A program made the translations under genes and the position numbers. Positions 13,658 through 26,894 of a stretch of DNA of 64,000 nucleotides are shown here, piece by piece (positions within the stretch are counted from its first letter, which is position 1; the number at the start of each line of letters is the position of its first letter). The notes below the pieces were generated by a model. The model did no database searches. It was not told where the DNA came from and worked only from the letters and a program-made list of their open reading frames with translations. The stretch is taken from NCBI GenBank assembly GCA_963693365.1, contig CAVNZM010000015.1, positions 4,595,502-4,659,501 on the forward strand. The letters run 5' to 3'. This DNA is from Amoebidium appalachense (lineage: Eukaryota > Protista > Ichthyosporea).

Positions 13658-14448
13658 ATTTTTGCAGGGCGCGAAAGGTGTAGACTTGTTTTTCTTGCTG
13701 TTTTTTTTCCTTTTTTTTATATAGGGTGTTATTTTTAGAGGTTGTTATTTTTATGGAGAGCATGTAGAGTTATGGTCGAGTCTGTAGATATTTATATATT
13801 TTTATTGTTGTGGTTGCTGATATACAGTAGAATTATTATGAAGATTGCATTTTTTGGATTGATGTTGCGTGTGTGTACACCCTTTTTTATGTCTTATTGT
13901 TTTGCCGTCTTTTTGGCTGGATGGTTGTTAATACAACGCAAGTGGGTTGTATATTGGTGAGGATGGTCCAGGAAAAGGAGTAAAGTAAAACGGTGATATC
14001 AGTCAGGTGCCTGTCGTTTTTTTCCCCCCCCTCTTCTTCCCCCCCCCTCCCTGCCCGCGCCCGTGTGACACACATGAAAGTGTGTCAACACATACGCATA
14101 GGCACACATACGCATGTGTCCACTTGTCCACGTATTAGTATTGTGTACTACATCTGCCCTCACACAAAACCCATGAATGTACATAAACCCTGTAACGTTT
14201 GCAGCACACGTGCGTACACTTTCATACATGCCGGCCACTTGAACTACCACAAGTCATACAAAAACACACAAACACACATGGACCTCCACACTCACCCACC
14301 CATATACACGCACACAGGAACGCACACGCCGTCAAACGCACACACACACATACACAAACACACACACGCACACACACACACACACACACTGTCGTGTACA
14401 CAGGAAACATGTGCACATAAACATGTACACTCTCTCAGATGCACACAT

Positions 14449-14502
<54 letters not shown>

Positions 14503-14595
14503 TCGTGTACACAGGAAACATATGCACATAAACACGTACACTCTCTCACACGCACACATGCACACACACGCGCACGCGTGCGCACATGTACACAC

Positions 14596-14632
<37 letters not shown>

Positions 14633-14820
14633 TGCAAACACACACACACAGACACGCACACACACAAACACATACAAACACACACGCATGCTGTCATGTT
14701 CACAGCACAAGCTTTCTTATATTAGATTTCGAGCTCAGCACCGCATTGACAACCCCCCCCCCCCCCCCCCCCCCCACGCCCGGGGCCTTCTCCCTATAAC
14801 TATACCCATTAGTAATTAGT

Positions 14821-14861
<41 letters not shown>

Positions 14862-15149
14862 CCCTGCCCGCCCGGGAATCCCTGGACCCCTGCAAGGCCT
14901 GTCCTGGAGTTTTTGACTTTGCGGCCTAGGCTGGCCCCCGGTCCCTTGGCTTGCAATCGTTAATGTAGTAATTAGGTCCTCTACCTGACAACTGCCCCGG
15001 CGGCTCTGACAGCGAAGTAACTGTCTGCAAACCAAGTTGAATTTCTTTCATATGTGGCATGCATACGATGAGCGAGAGCACGATTATTACCATGCCAATC
15101 GGCAGAGGACACGTTGAGCTTGCGCTCCCAGCAAATTTAAACGGATTCT

Positions 15150-15652
15150 ACAAACAGCAGAATTTGGCGGAATTATTCTGCCAAAAGCAGAATTAGTGGA
15201 ATTATTTTGAGAAAAAGCGGAATTACTGTGTGCATGCTGCACAAAAGCAACAGCAGAATAATTATGCTTTTCAAAGAACATTTTTGCTCCCAGCAAAATA
15301 ATTCTGCTTCTTGCAGGATAATTCTGTTAATGGATATTAATTCTGCTTTAAAATCTATTCAGTGAATAATTCGAATTAGGCTCTTTGCAGATTAACTCTG
15401 CCTTTTGCGGAGTTTTTCTGCTTCATGCAGAAGAGTTCTGCTTCATGCAGAACATGTACAATTCTGCTTTATGCAGAATAATTCTGTTTCTTGCAGAATA
15501 ATACTGCTTTTTGCAGAATAAGTCTGCCTTTCTTGAGATCAATTCTGCTTTTTGCAGAATATTTCAGCTTTTTGCAGAATAACTCTGCCTCTCTGAAAAT
15601 AATTCTGCTTTTTGCAGAATACATCTGCTTTTTCTGAGAATATTTCTGCTTG
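15150..15652. repeat. AT-rich 20-bp palindromic minisatellite (consensus AATAATTCTGCTTTTTGCAG); leftmost copies inverted
   Basis: A 20-bp period is visible from ~15296 to 15652. Each unit contains the dyad ATTCTGC-N5-GCAGAAT. Opposite-orientation copies (AAAAGCAGAATTA) lie at ~15150-15270. Confidence 0.85.
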
Positions 15653-15878
15653 GATTAAGTGGACTCTGCTGATGTGGTTGTCCGTCGAGCAACGGGCTTG
15701 GCTGCCTGCAGGCCGGAGCCGTGTGCTGTGTGCGTGTACAAATGTTCACGCATACATGTTTACATTCAAATTTTCTCTTTATTTCTTTCTTTTCCTTTCC
15801 TTCGGCTTTTTTTTTCTTCACAGGTATCTTCTTCTTCTTCTTCTTCTTCTTCTCGTTCTTTTTCTCCTCTTCTTTTTT

Positions 15879-15963
<85 letters not shown>

Positions 15964-16211
15964 TGTGGCCGAAGGGGGGGGGGGGGTAGGCCTTTCAGAG
16001 GAGCAATTGGACGGATTGAACAAGCCTTTCAGTGAAGGGGATAAGATGAGGTCAGTTGGCAGGGATGAGGGGAGGAGGGGGGAGGAGGGGGGGTGGGGTG
16101 GGGGGGGGGGGGGGGGGGGGGGAGAAGGGGAGGGGGTCATAGTTAGCTGCCACCCTCTTGCGGGTCTAGGCCTACTTGGGCGAGAGAGGGCCTCCTCTGG
16201 ATCCCTCAGGA

Positions 16212-16265
<54 letters not shown>

Positions 16266-18366
16266 CCTCCCCTCCCCTCTCTCTCCAGCCCTTCTCACCT
16301 TAGCCCCCCTCCCCCCTCCCCCCTCCCCCCTCCCCCACCTTCCGTCCTCCCCCAAACCCCCAAAGCCCCCCCCTCCCCCCCCCCCCCTCCCCCCCTCCCC
16401 CCCCTCTCCTTAACGTTCTTTTTCCAACATGTGCAGAAATAGCAGCTCCCTAGTCGTCGACTACATCAAATTGCACATTTGTGTGTGTCTCTGCAATTTG
16501 CAAACATTTATCTAGCCAGTGTTGATGCACTTTACATAGCCATAAATGGCTAATATGTCACGCAGACGACTGACACTTGCCAAATATGGCAGGTAAATGG
16601 TCCACTACATCGCCACCACGTCGTCATCACGATGACGTCACCACGCACTTTAGAGCACCTTCGAACTCCCGAAAGTCACTACACTTCTTATTTTCAGAGC
16701 AAAGACATAAGAGGAAACAAACGCGTATAAGCATATGTACCCTCATAGTTTTACAAGACAAATCACTGATTTCATGTGAGCATTTGGTTGTCATTGTTGA
16801 GAACTACAACTATACAGGATCATCTTTTCTTTAGGGCTTTCTCGACGCACTTGATACAGGTAGGTTTTTGTTATTTTTTCTCTAGATCTGAGCTTCATGG
16901 TTTCCCGATACCGTTGCCAAGCAAACGTGCACAGCTGACATCAGTCTGGGTGTGTGTGTGTGTGCGTGTATGGGGGTGCCTGTGCCTGTACCTGTGTGCC
17001 TGTGCCTGTGCCTGTACCTGTGCCGATGCCGGTGCCTGTGCCTTTACCTGATGGGTGCATATGCCCTTGTGCACCACTACTTTTTCCGAGACTTCCTCTT
17101 AGCGCAGACCCTGCTCCACCTCTCTTTGAAGAAGGATCTTCTTTAGTTATGCTCTTGCTTCTCTTCTTACGTCCTTCCACACCCTTTCGATGGCTATGAA
17201 GTGGGTTTTTAGTTTACACTTACAGCATGGTTAAGTGTGTGGAGACGTTGTCAGGATCGCCCTTCCCACTCTTCGGCAATTACTACAGTCGCTCCTTCTG
17301 CAAAAGGGGTTAGATTCGGGTGGGTCTTAGTGCATCCTTGGTGGTGGTGGTGGTGGTGGTGGTGGTGGTTTTGGTGGTGGTGGTGGGGGGAGGGGGGGGG
17401 GGGGGGGGGGGGGGAGGGAGGGAGGGGGATTATTGGTTTTTAACTTCTTCTCCATCCTTCCCCCCCCCCCCCCCCCCCCCCCCCCCGGAGCCCCCTAGTT
17501 GGTTTACAGGTTGGCTTGCATGTGACCAGGCGTAGCCGGAGGCTTTCCTTACGTTATGTTTGTTCGGTAAATTCAGGCTGTCGGCCATGTTTATTCCCCT
17601 TTCCCCTGGGTTTGCAGTTTTGCGCGCACGAGGTTAAGGGGTCGAAAATTAGATGCAGTTATTGACTTGGGCCTCCTCTGGATGTGGGTTCTGCTTATGT
17701 AGCATACACACTCTCTCCTCTCCTTCTACCTGTGTGGGTAGGTGGGTGGTGGTGGTGGTGGTGATGGTTGGGGGGGGAGGGGTGGGTGTCACAAACCCCT
17801 TGTGTCGTGGGTTCTGGAGTGTGTTTTGGTAGGTTTTGGTCTGGTGAAACTTCTGCTGGGAAGAACGAGTTGAGGACTGAAGTAGTGGGGTGGTGAGGGG
17901 AGGACCAGACTAGTTGGGAGGGAGGGCCAGGGAAAGGGGCTTAGGGAGGAGGTGGAGGAAGTGTGGAACGGAGGGAGGGGTGGGGTGCCGGGGGAGGGAG
18001 GGGGTGGTGAGGGTGGGTTGGAGTGGGGGGTAGGGTGGGTGGGTGGGTGGGGGGGTAGGGGGGGAAGGGAGTTGGGGGATGGGGTGGAGGCGGTAGAATG
18101 GTAGCCATTCGGATGGGGCAGAGGGAGAAAAGGGTGTGAAGGAAAGGTGGTGGTCTGATGGTGACACGGTGTGTGTGAGGGGAGGGGGGGGGGGGGGGGG
18201 GGGGGGGAAGGGGGGTGAGGGACGATATAGAGAGGGAGATAAGGAGAAGGCGGGGAAGGAGGGAATGATAGGGAGGGAGGAAGGGGAGGTTTTGGGTAGA
18301 GGGAGGGGGAGACATGAAGGGCGGGCCGGGGGGGGGGGGGGGGGGGGGGGGGATTAGGGGTTTGTT

Positions 18367-18421
<55 letters not shown>

Positions 18422-18485
18422 TATAGATATATATTTGCTTTCCATCTGACATCATACACGTTTTTATCGCATGAAGGTGAAGAAA

Positions 18486-19615
18486 ATGGCAGATCCCAGC
18501 AAGCAAGGTTATCCCCCTGCCGGCTATCCAGGCTACCCCCCTCAGCCCGGATATCCCCCAGCCCAGCCCGGATACCCACCCGTGCAGCCAGGTTATCCAC
18601 CCGCCCAGCCAGGTTATCCCCCAGCCCAGCCAGGTTATCCCCCCGCACAGCCTGGATATCCCGCCGCCTATCCAGGGTATCCCCCCGCCCAGCCGGGATA
18701 TCCACCCCATGCAGGCCAAGCTGCAGCCAGCATGCCCCCAGCATACGGCTATCCCCCCCAGCCGGGATATCCCCCACAGCCGGGTTATCCCGTCCAGAGC
18801 TATCCCCCGGCTGGGTATCCCCCACAACAGGTAGGTTTATCACAGTGAGCCCTGGTGGCCGGTGATATGTGGGCATGACTGTGTGCATGTGGGTGCTCTG
18901 GTTATGACTGTGCGCATATGTGGTGTGACCGTGCGCATTTGTGGTGTGACCGTGTGCATATGTGGTGCGAATGTGTGCATACACGTTTCCCCTGGCCAAA
19001 TGACTGTGTGCATGTGCGGGTGCTCTGAGCGTGACTGTGTGCATGTATGCATAATTGATTCTCACTGGTTACAAAGGTATACATCCAGCTTGCTGCAGTG
19101 CGCAAACCATGTACCCCTGATGATGGCTACTGTTCGAGTGTTCCTGTTTGTACATTTTCTCGCGGTGTGTCTTGTATTGTGCTATGGTGTCATCATGCTG
19201 TCCTACCCCCCCCTCCCCCCCCCCCCCCCCCCCCTCCCCCCCCCCCCCCCCCCACCCACCCTCCCCCCTCTCTTAGCCTCTAATGCAAACATCTCCCTCC
19301 CCCCCCCCTCCCCCCCCCCCCCCCCCCCTCCCCCCCACCCCCCACAATCTCACTCCCCCCTCCCCCACCCCCGGCCCCTCCCTCCTCTTGGTGTGCGATT
19401 TCTGCAACTAATAAATTAATTTTGTTTACCTTTGGAGATATAAACTGACGAGATATGCCCCTGTCATTTCCACTGCAGCCCGGCCAAGGATATCCACCCG
19501 CAGGGGGATATCCAGTGCCTGGTGTTGCCACTGTGACTGTGACTGTTGCTGCTCCCGGGGTGGCTACTGTTCAAAACGTGCATAGTGGTGCACCAGGTAG
19601 TTAATGAATAAATGT

Positions 19616-19646
<31 letters not shown>

Positions 19647-20530
19647 GGGGGCGGTTTGTGGAGAGAAGGGGGTTTGTTTGGGGGGGGGGGGGGAGGGAGG
19701 GGATGTGTGGGGGCAGGTGGGTGGGTGGGTGGGTGGGTGGGTGAGGGGAGGGGTGTGTGTGTGTGGGGGGGGGGGGGAGAGGGAGGGTGGGGGGGTGGGT
19801 GGGCTGGGGGAGGGGGTTGGTGGGTGGGTGGTTGTGGGGGGGGGAGATGGGGAGGTGGGTGTGGGTGGGTAGGTGGGTGGGGGAGTGTGTGTGGCGTGTG
19901 TGCGTGTGCATGTGTGTGTGGGGGGGTAGGTATGGGTATGAGAGAGAGAGAGAGAGCGAGAGAGAGAGAGAGAGAGTGTGTGTGTGTGTTTGTGTGCGGG
20001 CTTGCAAGAATGTGTGCATGTGTTTTATTATCTTTATTTTCTTTAATTTTAATTTTTATTTTTCGGGGGGGGGGGGGGGGGGAGGGTGAAGGGGGGAGGG
20101 AGAGAGGGAGGGAGGAAGGGGTGTGTGTGTGTGGGGGGGGGGGGGGGGGGGGGGGGGGGGAGGGGGGGTTTACTAAGTTTGTGTATGGTGGTGGTAAAGT
20201 TGTTCGTGTCACACATTAAATGTGCTGCCTTTATGGTGAGGGTCAGTGTGTGCGGGGTCTGAGGGAGAAGGGGGGGGGGGGGGGGGGGGGGGAGGGGAAG
20301 TACTAGACGTTTGGTGTGGTTTTTGTCACCTTGAAAATGAGGGTTTTTTAATTGCAGGCTTGCAACAACGTTTACCCCCCCCCCCCCCCCCCCCCCCCCT
20401 CCCCCCCCCCCCCCCAAAAAAAAAAAAAAAAAAAAAAAACCTTGATTCATACCCTTTTTGTGGGCTTATCTTTAAAAATATGCAGTGTTGTCCACCATGA
20501 ATGTGTACCTCAGACCATGTAACACTCTAC

Positions 20531-20568
<38 letters not shown>

Positions 20569-20654
20569 ACACACACACACACACACACATACACAAACAC
20601 GCACACACACTTCCTCCCTCCCCCCCCCCCCCCCCCCCCCCCCCCCCAACCACC

Positions 20655-20701
<47 letters not shown>

Positions 20702-20951
20702 CCTCCCTCCTCCCCCCCCCCCCCCCCCCCCCCCCCCTCCACCCCATCCCACCAACTTACCCCTCCCCTCCCCCCCCCCCCCCCCCCCCCCAAAACTTCA
20801 TCCCCCCTCCAACTTCCCCCCTCCCCCCTCCCCCCTACAGCAGGCTATAGTGAGCCCAAGGGCACCCCCACCGTGACCCCCTATGGCCCGTTTGATGCCA
20901 CGGCCGATGCTCACACTCTGCGCAAAGCAATGAAGGGCCTAGGTAAGTGCT

Positions 20952-20992
<41 letters not shown>

Positions 20993-21438
20993 CCGTGGCC
21001 CTTTCTTCCCCCATTTCTGAACACGGTTGCTGACAAACACACACGTTAGAGCTCACATACACGGGTATCAAGCTTTTTAGTTACGGCATGAACAGACAAG
21101 ACGTACATGGAAACATGCACTTCTTTGCAGAGACACATGCAATTACGCATAACCCCCCCCCTCCCCCCCCCCCCCTCCCCCCCCCCCCCCCTCCCCCCTT
21201 TTCCCCTTTTTCTGAAGCGCGGGACACATGAGAACTGGCATACACAGCGTTTTTTTTTTTTTTTTCTTTTTTTTTCCCTTTTGCCAACACGTGTGCACAG
21301 ACAGGCATATATGCAAACACACACCTCTCTTTGCAAACGCACGCACGAACGCGCACACGCACATCTATCCACATACACACATCCACACCCATTTGCGCCC
21401 ACATACATCATAGGCGCACACAGACCATGCACATATAC

Positions 21439-21473
<35 letters not shown>

Positions 21474-21750
21474 CCTCTCTCTCTGCGATGCTCCCCCCGC
21501 CACATATGCACACCAGGACACATGCGGGGGCACACACACGCTTGGCAGTTACACACAGGCAGCACAGACACACGGACACACCGGACACACGGACACACAC
21601 ACACACACAATGCAGCAACAACAACAGCACACATTTCCTTCTACATCTCCCCCGCTCCCCTTACCCTCCCACCCCATCCTTCCCCTCCTTCTCTCCCTCT
21701 CCCTCTCTCTCTCCCTCCACCCCACCCCACCCTTCCCCTCCCTCTCTCCA

Positions 21751-21786
<36 letters not shown>

Positions 21787-22449
21787 ACCCACCCAACCAT
21801 TCCCTACCATGTCACTCGCGTGTGAGACCTGAGCAATTCCCTAGGACTCATGCTCATTTTTTTTTCACACAGGCACGGATGAGCGGACTCTGATCAACAC
21901 CCTGTGCTTCAGATCGGCCAATCAGCGCGCTCAGATCAGCGAGGCATTCACCCGGGTATGGTGCTTACCCGGTGGTTAATAGAGTTCTTCTTTCGTTTGA
22001 TTTTTTTTTTCAACAATTGTTGTTGTTTTTGTTGTCGTTGTTGTTTTTTTGGTTCTTCTTCTTCTTGTTGTTGTTGTTGTTGTTGTTGTTGTTCGGGGTG
22101 GGGTGGGGTGGGGGGTGGGGGGGGGGGGGGGGGGGGGGGGGTGCGGATGACGTTTCTGGTTGGCATACACAAGTCACTTTCTTTTTTTGATATCCTGTTA
22201 GCTGTGGTCGGGAAATAGCATGGGATGTGTATAATTTGGGACAATGACGTAGTTTGTGTATCGTTGAATTGCCGTGAGAATGTACATTTTGAGAAAATCG
22301 TGTGATGTCTATATTCTGTTATGGCCGTGCTATATGTTAGAGCCAGGGATCATCGTCTGATAGATACGGTATATGACTCACTTTCGTAGTTGAAGCAATG
22401 ATGGTTTAGTCCGTTCTAGGTCACGTCACTTTAGTGAATATGCCACCAT

Positions 22450-22497
<48 letters not shown>

Positions 22498-22785
22498 ACC
22501 CACCCACCCCAAAAACACACACGCACACACACACCAGTGTCATTTTCAAACGAGTCAAAAAAAAAAAACCAAAAAAAACCTCATTCCGTTTAGAACATCT
22601 GACCGGATCGGTAAAATTTCGCAGGTTCTAGGACGTAGTCTGCCGTCGGACATCAAGAGTGAAACTAGCGGAAACTTCTGCAAAACACTTCTTGCACTCT
22701 TGCACACACCCGCTGTGCACGACGCCACATGTCTGTATGAGGCAACGAAGGTATTGTGTGCACTGTGGTGGCCTCTCTCTCTTTC

Positions 22786-22838
<53 letters not shown>

Positions 22839-23990
22839 ACTCTTTCTCTCTCTCTGTGTTTGTGGATGGGTGGGTGTGGGCGTTTGTGTGTGGACACCTG
22901 GGATGGTTGAGATGGAATTTGTAGGGCGCTGTGTGTGTGTGTGTGTGTGTGTGTGCGCACGCGCGCACGCGTGTGCGTGCGCCTGTGTGCAAACGTGCTA
23001 TGCCTGGAATATGCACGTACCTAACCCACTGTATGCACAGGGGCTGGGCACCAATGAGCGCTGTCTGACAGAGATACTTGCCAGCCGCACCTCTGCAGAG
23101 ATAAATGCAATTAAGGATGCATACCACAAACGTATACACCCCTCCCCCCCTCCCCCCTCCCCCCCCCCCTCTCTCTCTTTCTCCCCCCCCCCCCCCCCCC
23201 CCCCCCCCCCCTGCTCCACATATGTACCTCATGCACGTGCACATGCACATGCACACCACACAAGCTCACTCAAGACGGACACACACACACACACACACAC
23301 ACATTCACATGGACAAGAACAGGCACACACACCACGAACCCTTCACCCACCCACCCTTTACCCAACGTCTCCCCTTCGGGCAATCCGCCAAAATGGCACA
23401 CACAACGGTTTAAAAAATATCCTGTGTCTACTCCAGGGCGAGAAGGTCTGTGTGCCCATGCGTGCACGTGTGTGTGCCTGCGTGCGTTCATGTGCGTGTG
23501 TGTGTGTATGTCTGTGTCTGTGCCTGAGTCTCCGGATGTGTGCGTGTGTGTATGTGTGTGTTTTATGTGCGCGCCGATGTGTATTGTGTGTATTGGCAGT
23601 GGAGAGGAGTGGCAAGGTGGCAAGGGGACAGGGGGGGGGGGGGGGGGGGGGGGGGTCAAGACTTGTGTTCTTATGATGCCTGTGTGTGTTAAGGTTGTGT
23701 GTGTTTGTGTGTGGGATGTTGGGAAGAAGGTGGGTGGGTGGGTGGGTGGGCGGGTGGAGGGACGGGGGGAGGGGGAGGGGGAGGGGATGTCAGTGATGAT
23801 CTGTGGACTAGAATTGACTAGAATAGTCTAGAACTCACCAAATAGGTGTGCAAAACAGTGGCCGGCAAGTCACTGGAGCATGCTGTGACGTCAGAAACCT
23901 CGGGAGACTACCGGCAGATGCTGCTGCAGCTGCTGCAGGCAAATAGGGCCGTGGGGCCTGGGGATGCTGGCCTGGCTGCAAAGGACGCAC

Positions 23991-24049
<59 letters not shown>

Positions 24050-24144
24050 TGTACGTGTGTGTGTGTGTGTGTGTGTGGGGGGGGGGTACGTGTAGGTGGG
24101 TGGGTGTGCGGGTGGGTTGGTGGATGGATGTGTGTGTGTGTGGG

Positions 24145-24177
<33 letters not shown>

Positions 24178-24212
24178 GTGTCATATTTGTGTGTGTGTTG
24201 TGTTTGTGTGTG

Positions 24213-24246
<34 letters not shown>

Positions 24247-25173
24247 CGTGTGCGTGTGCGTGCCTGTGTTGCCAGTTAGCAGTACTTAATGTGTACGTAT
24301 GTATACCTGTAAGTGCATGTGGTTGTATGCCTGCATGCAAATTACCTTGGATGTTTGTTTCACCTCTTTTTCCGTGCACGAAACACGTTAGGTAGATGTG
24401 GGGTGGGGAGACTTGGCAACTCAAAACACAGACATAACTTCACGCAATCCTCTCCCCCCCCCCCCCCCCCCCCCCCCCCCCGGCACCCCGCTTCAACAAG
24501 ATTGGGGTCTTCTTATGATGCATATTCTTTGCGTAATTTTACAAAAGTTGCACAATGTTGTTCGTCGCAATTATGTGCTCTGCACCCTGTAACACATTCT
24601 CTCCCCCCCTCCCCCCTCCCCTCTCCCCCCTCCCCCTCCCCCTCCTCCCCTCCCCCCCCCTCCCCCCCCCCCCCCCTCCCCTCTCCCCCCCCCCCCCCCC
24701 CCCCCCCCCTCCCCTTTTCAGGAACTGTATGCAGCGGGTGAGGGGCGCATGGGCACCAACGAGCGTGTGTTTGCCACCGTCCTGGGTACACGGTCATATG
24801 CACACATCCAGATGATATGCCAGGCATACACAAAGGTGTGTGTGTGTCTGTGTGTGGGTGTGTGTGTGGGGGGGGGAGGGGAGGGAGAGGGGGGGGGGGT
24901 GTGTGTGTGTGGGGTGGGTGTGGATGGGGAAGGTAGGTTTGGAGGGGGAGGGGGGGGGGGGGGAGGGAGGGGGGGAGGCCGGGGGGGAGGAGCAGGAAGG
25001 GTGAGTGGGTGGTGTGTGTGTGTGTGTGTGTATGTGTCGGTGGGTTGGTGGGTGTGTTTGTGGGTGGGTGGGTGGGTTGGTGTGGCAATTTCCTTATTTG
25101 TGCATGTTTCTTTTGGCATACCTGTATGCCATCATTCCAGTGCAAAGCTCTAACTTCTGACCATGCTTACCAT

Positions 25174-25244
<71 letters not shown>

Positions 25245-25411
25245 CTGGTTTATGAATGGGCTCTCCTTGAGGATTGGCTCTGCTATTGTTGCATACTACA
25301 CGTTGCTGATGTTGCACACTTGAATTCTGCTTTTGCAATACCATCATGCATCCTGTTTCCTGTACCGCGATCCTCTTCCTGAAGTTGTACTTTGCACGCT
25401 GTTCCGCATTA

Positions 25412-25446
<35 letters not shown>

Positions 25447-25608
25447 TGCCTGCGTGAGGATGGGCTTCGCTTATTATGTATACTCTTCATGTGTGGTGTG
25501 CACTCTGCATTGTGTTTGCCGTTAGTATTTGAACTACGAATTGTGCATGCGTAAGGTCCGGGTACGTATAAACGCATACCATAACATATTCTAACCAACC
25601 AACCAACC

Positions 25609-25659
<51 letters not shown>

Positions 25660-25742
25660 GCGCCTCCCCCCACCCCCTTCCCCTTCCCCCCCTAACCCCC
25701 CTTCCCCCTACACTACTCCAGCCTCTTCCCCCCCCCCCCTAC

Positions 25743-25795
<53 letters not shown>

Positions 25796-26255
25796 ACAAA
25801 CACAGATCAGCAAAAGGGATCTTCCAGGAGCTATCACCAGTGAGTTCAGTGGAGATGCAGAGTCTCTCTATCTTGCGGTGGTACAGTGTGCAATCAACAA
25901 GCCCCACTACTTTGCTACAAGAATTCACAAGGCTACAGAGGGTGTGGGGACAGATGATACAACACTCATAAGGATACTTGTGAGCAGAGCGGAGGTGGAT
26001 TTGGCGGATATTAAGACCGCGTACCACAAGTACACGGGGGTATGTGTGTGTGGGTGGGTGCATTATGTGTGGGTGTCTGTGTGGAACGTACGTGTGTGTG
26101 GGTGTGTACGTGTAAGAATGTATATGAAACATAAAGATGCTTGTGCGCAGAGTGGATTGATTTGGCTGATATTAAGATTGCTTACCACAAATACACAGGG
26201 GTATGTGTGTGTGTGTTTGGGGAGGGGGAGGGGGAGGAGGGAGGGGGGGGGGGAG

Positions 26256-26341
<86 letters not shown>

Positions 26342-26601
26342 TGTACGTGTATGTGTGTGCGTGTAAAAATGTATGTGAAATATAAGGATGCTTTTGAGCA
26401 GAGTAAATTTTGATTTTGCTGATATCAAGACTGCGTACCACAAGTACACGAGTACACGGGATTATGTGTGTGTGTGTGTGGGTGTGTGTAAGTGTACGTG
26501 TGTGTAAGTGAGTGTACGTGGGTACATGTGGGTTTGTGTGTGTGCGTGTGTACCTGTGGGTATGTGTTTGTGTTTTTGTGTTCGTGTGCACGTGCTTGTG
26601 G

Positions 26602-26647
<46 letters not shown>

Positions 26648-26894
26648 ACCTTTCCTTTCCTCCCCCACCTTTTTCTTTACCTGGCGTCCTTGATCATTTT
26701 TCGGAGCGCATAGGCATATTGTACCAACACTTGCTTTCATGTATGTTTTTTGTTGCTTTCGAGTATCACTGACATTTGTTTTTTTGTTGTTTTGCCTTTT
26801 TGTTTCACAGAAAACTCTGGCTGAGACGGTTCGTAAAGAGACAAGCGGGGATTACAAGAAGACACTGCTGGCCCTCCTTCGTGAGCCCTTCTGA
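18486..26894 (+). CDS. ANXA7: Annexin with N-terminal GYPP/PAQPGY repeat tail (annexin A7/A11 type). Exons 18486-18830, 19479-19596, 20841-20942, 21873-21955, 22625-22750, 23041-23131, 23859-23992, 24722-24835, 25806-26039, 26811-26894
   Basis: Four annexin repeats ([33 protein letters not shown]) with ETSG/EFSG motifs. All nine introns are GT-AG with consistent phases. The symbol indicates type, not proven orthology. Confidence 0.95.

Noticed and set aside
14388-14550. ~110-bp tandem duplication within CA repeats
   Set aside because: Ordinary slippage or unequal exchange within microsatellite DNA, with no further structure.
15150-15652. Palindromic repeat array as a CRISPR array
   Set aside because: The units are contiguous and degenerate, with no unique spacers and no cas genes, in a eukaryotic context.
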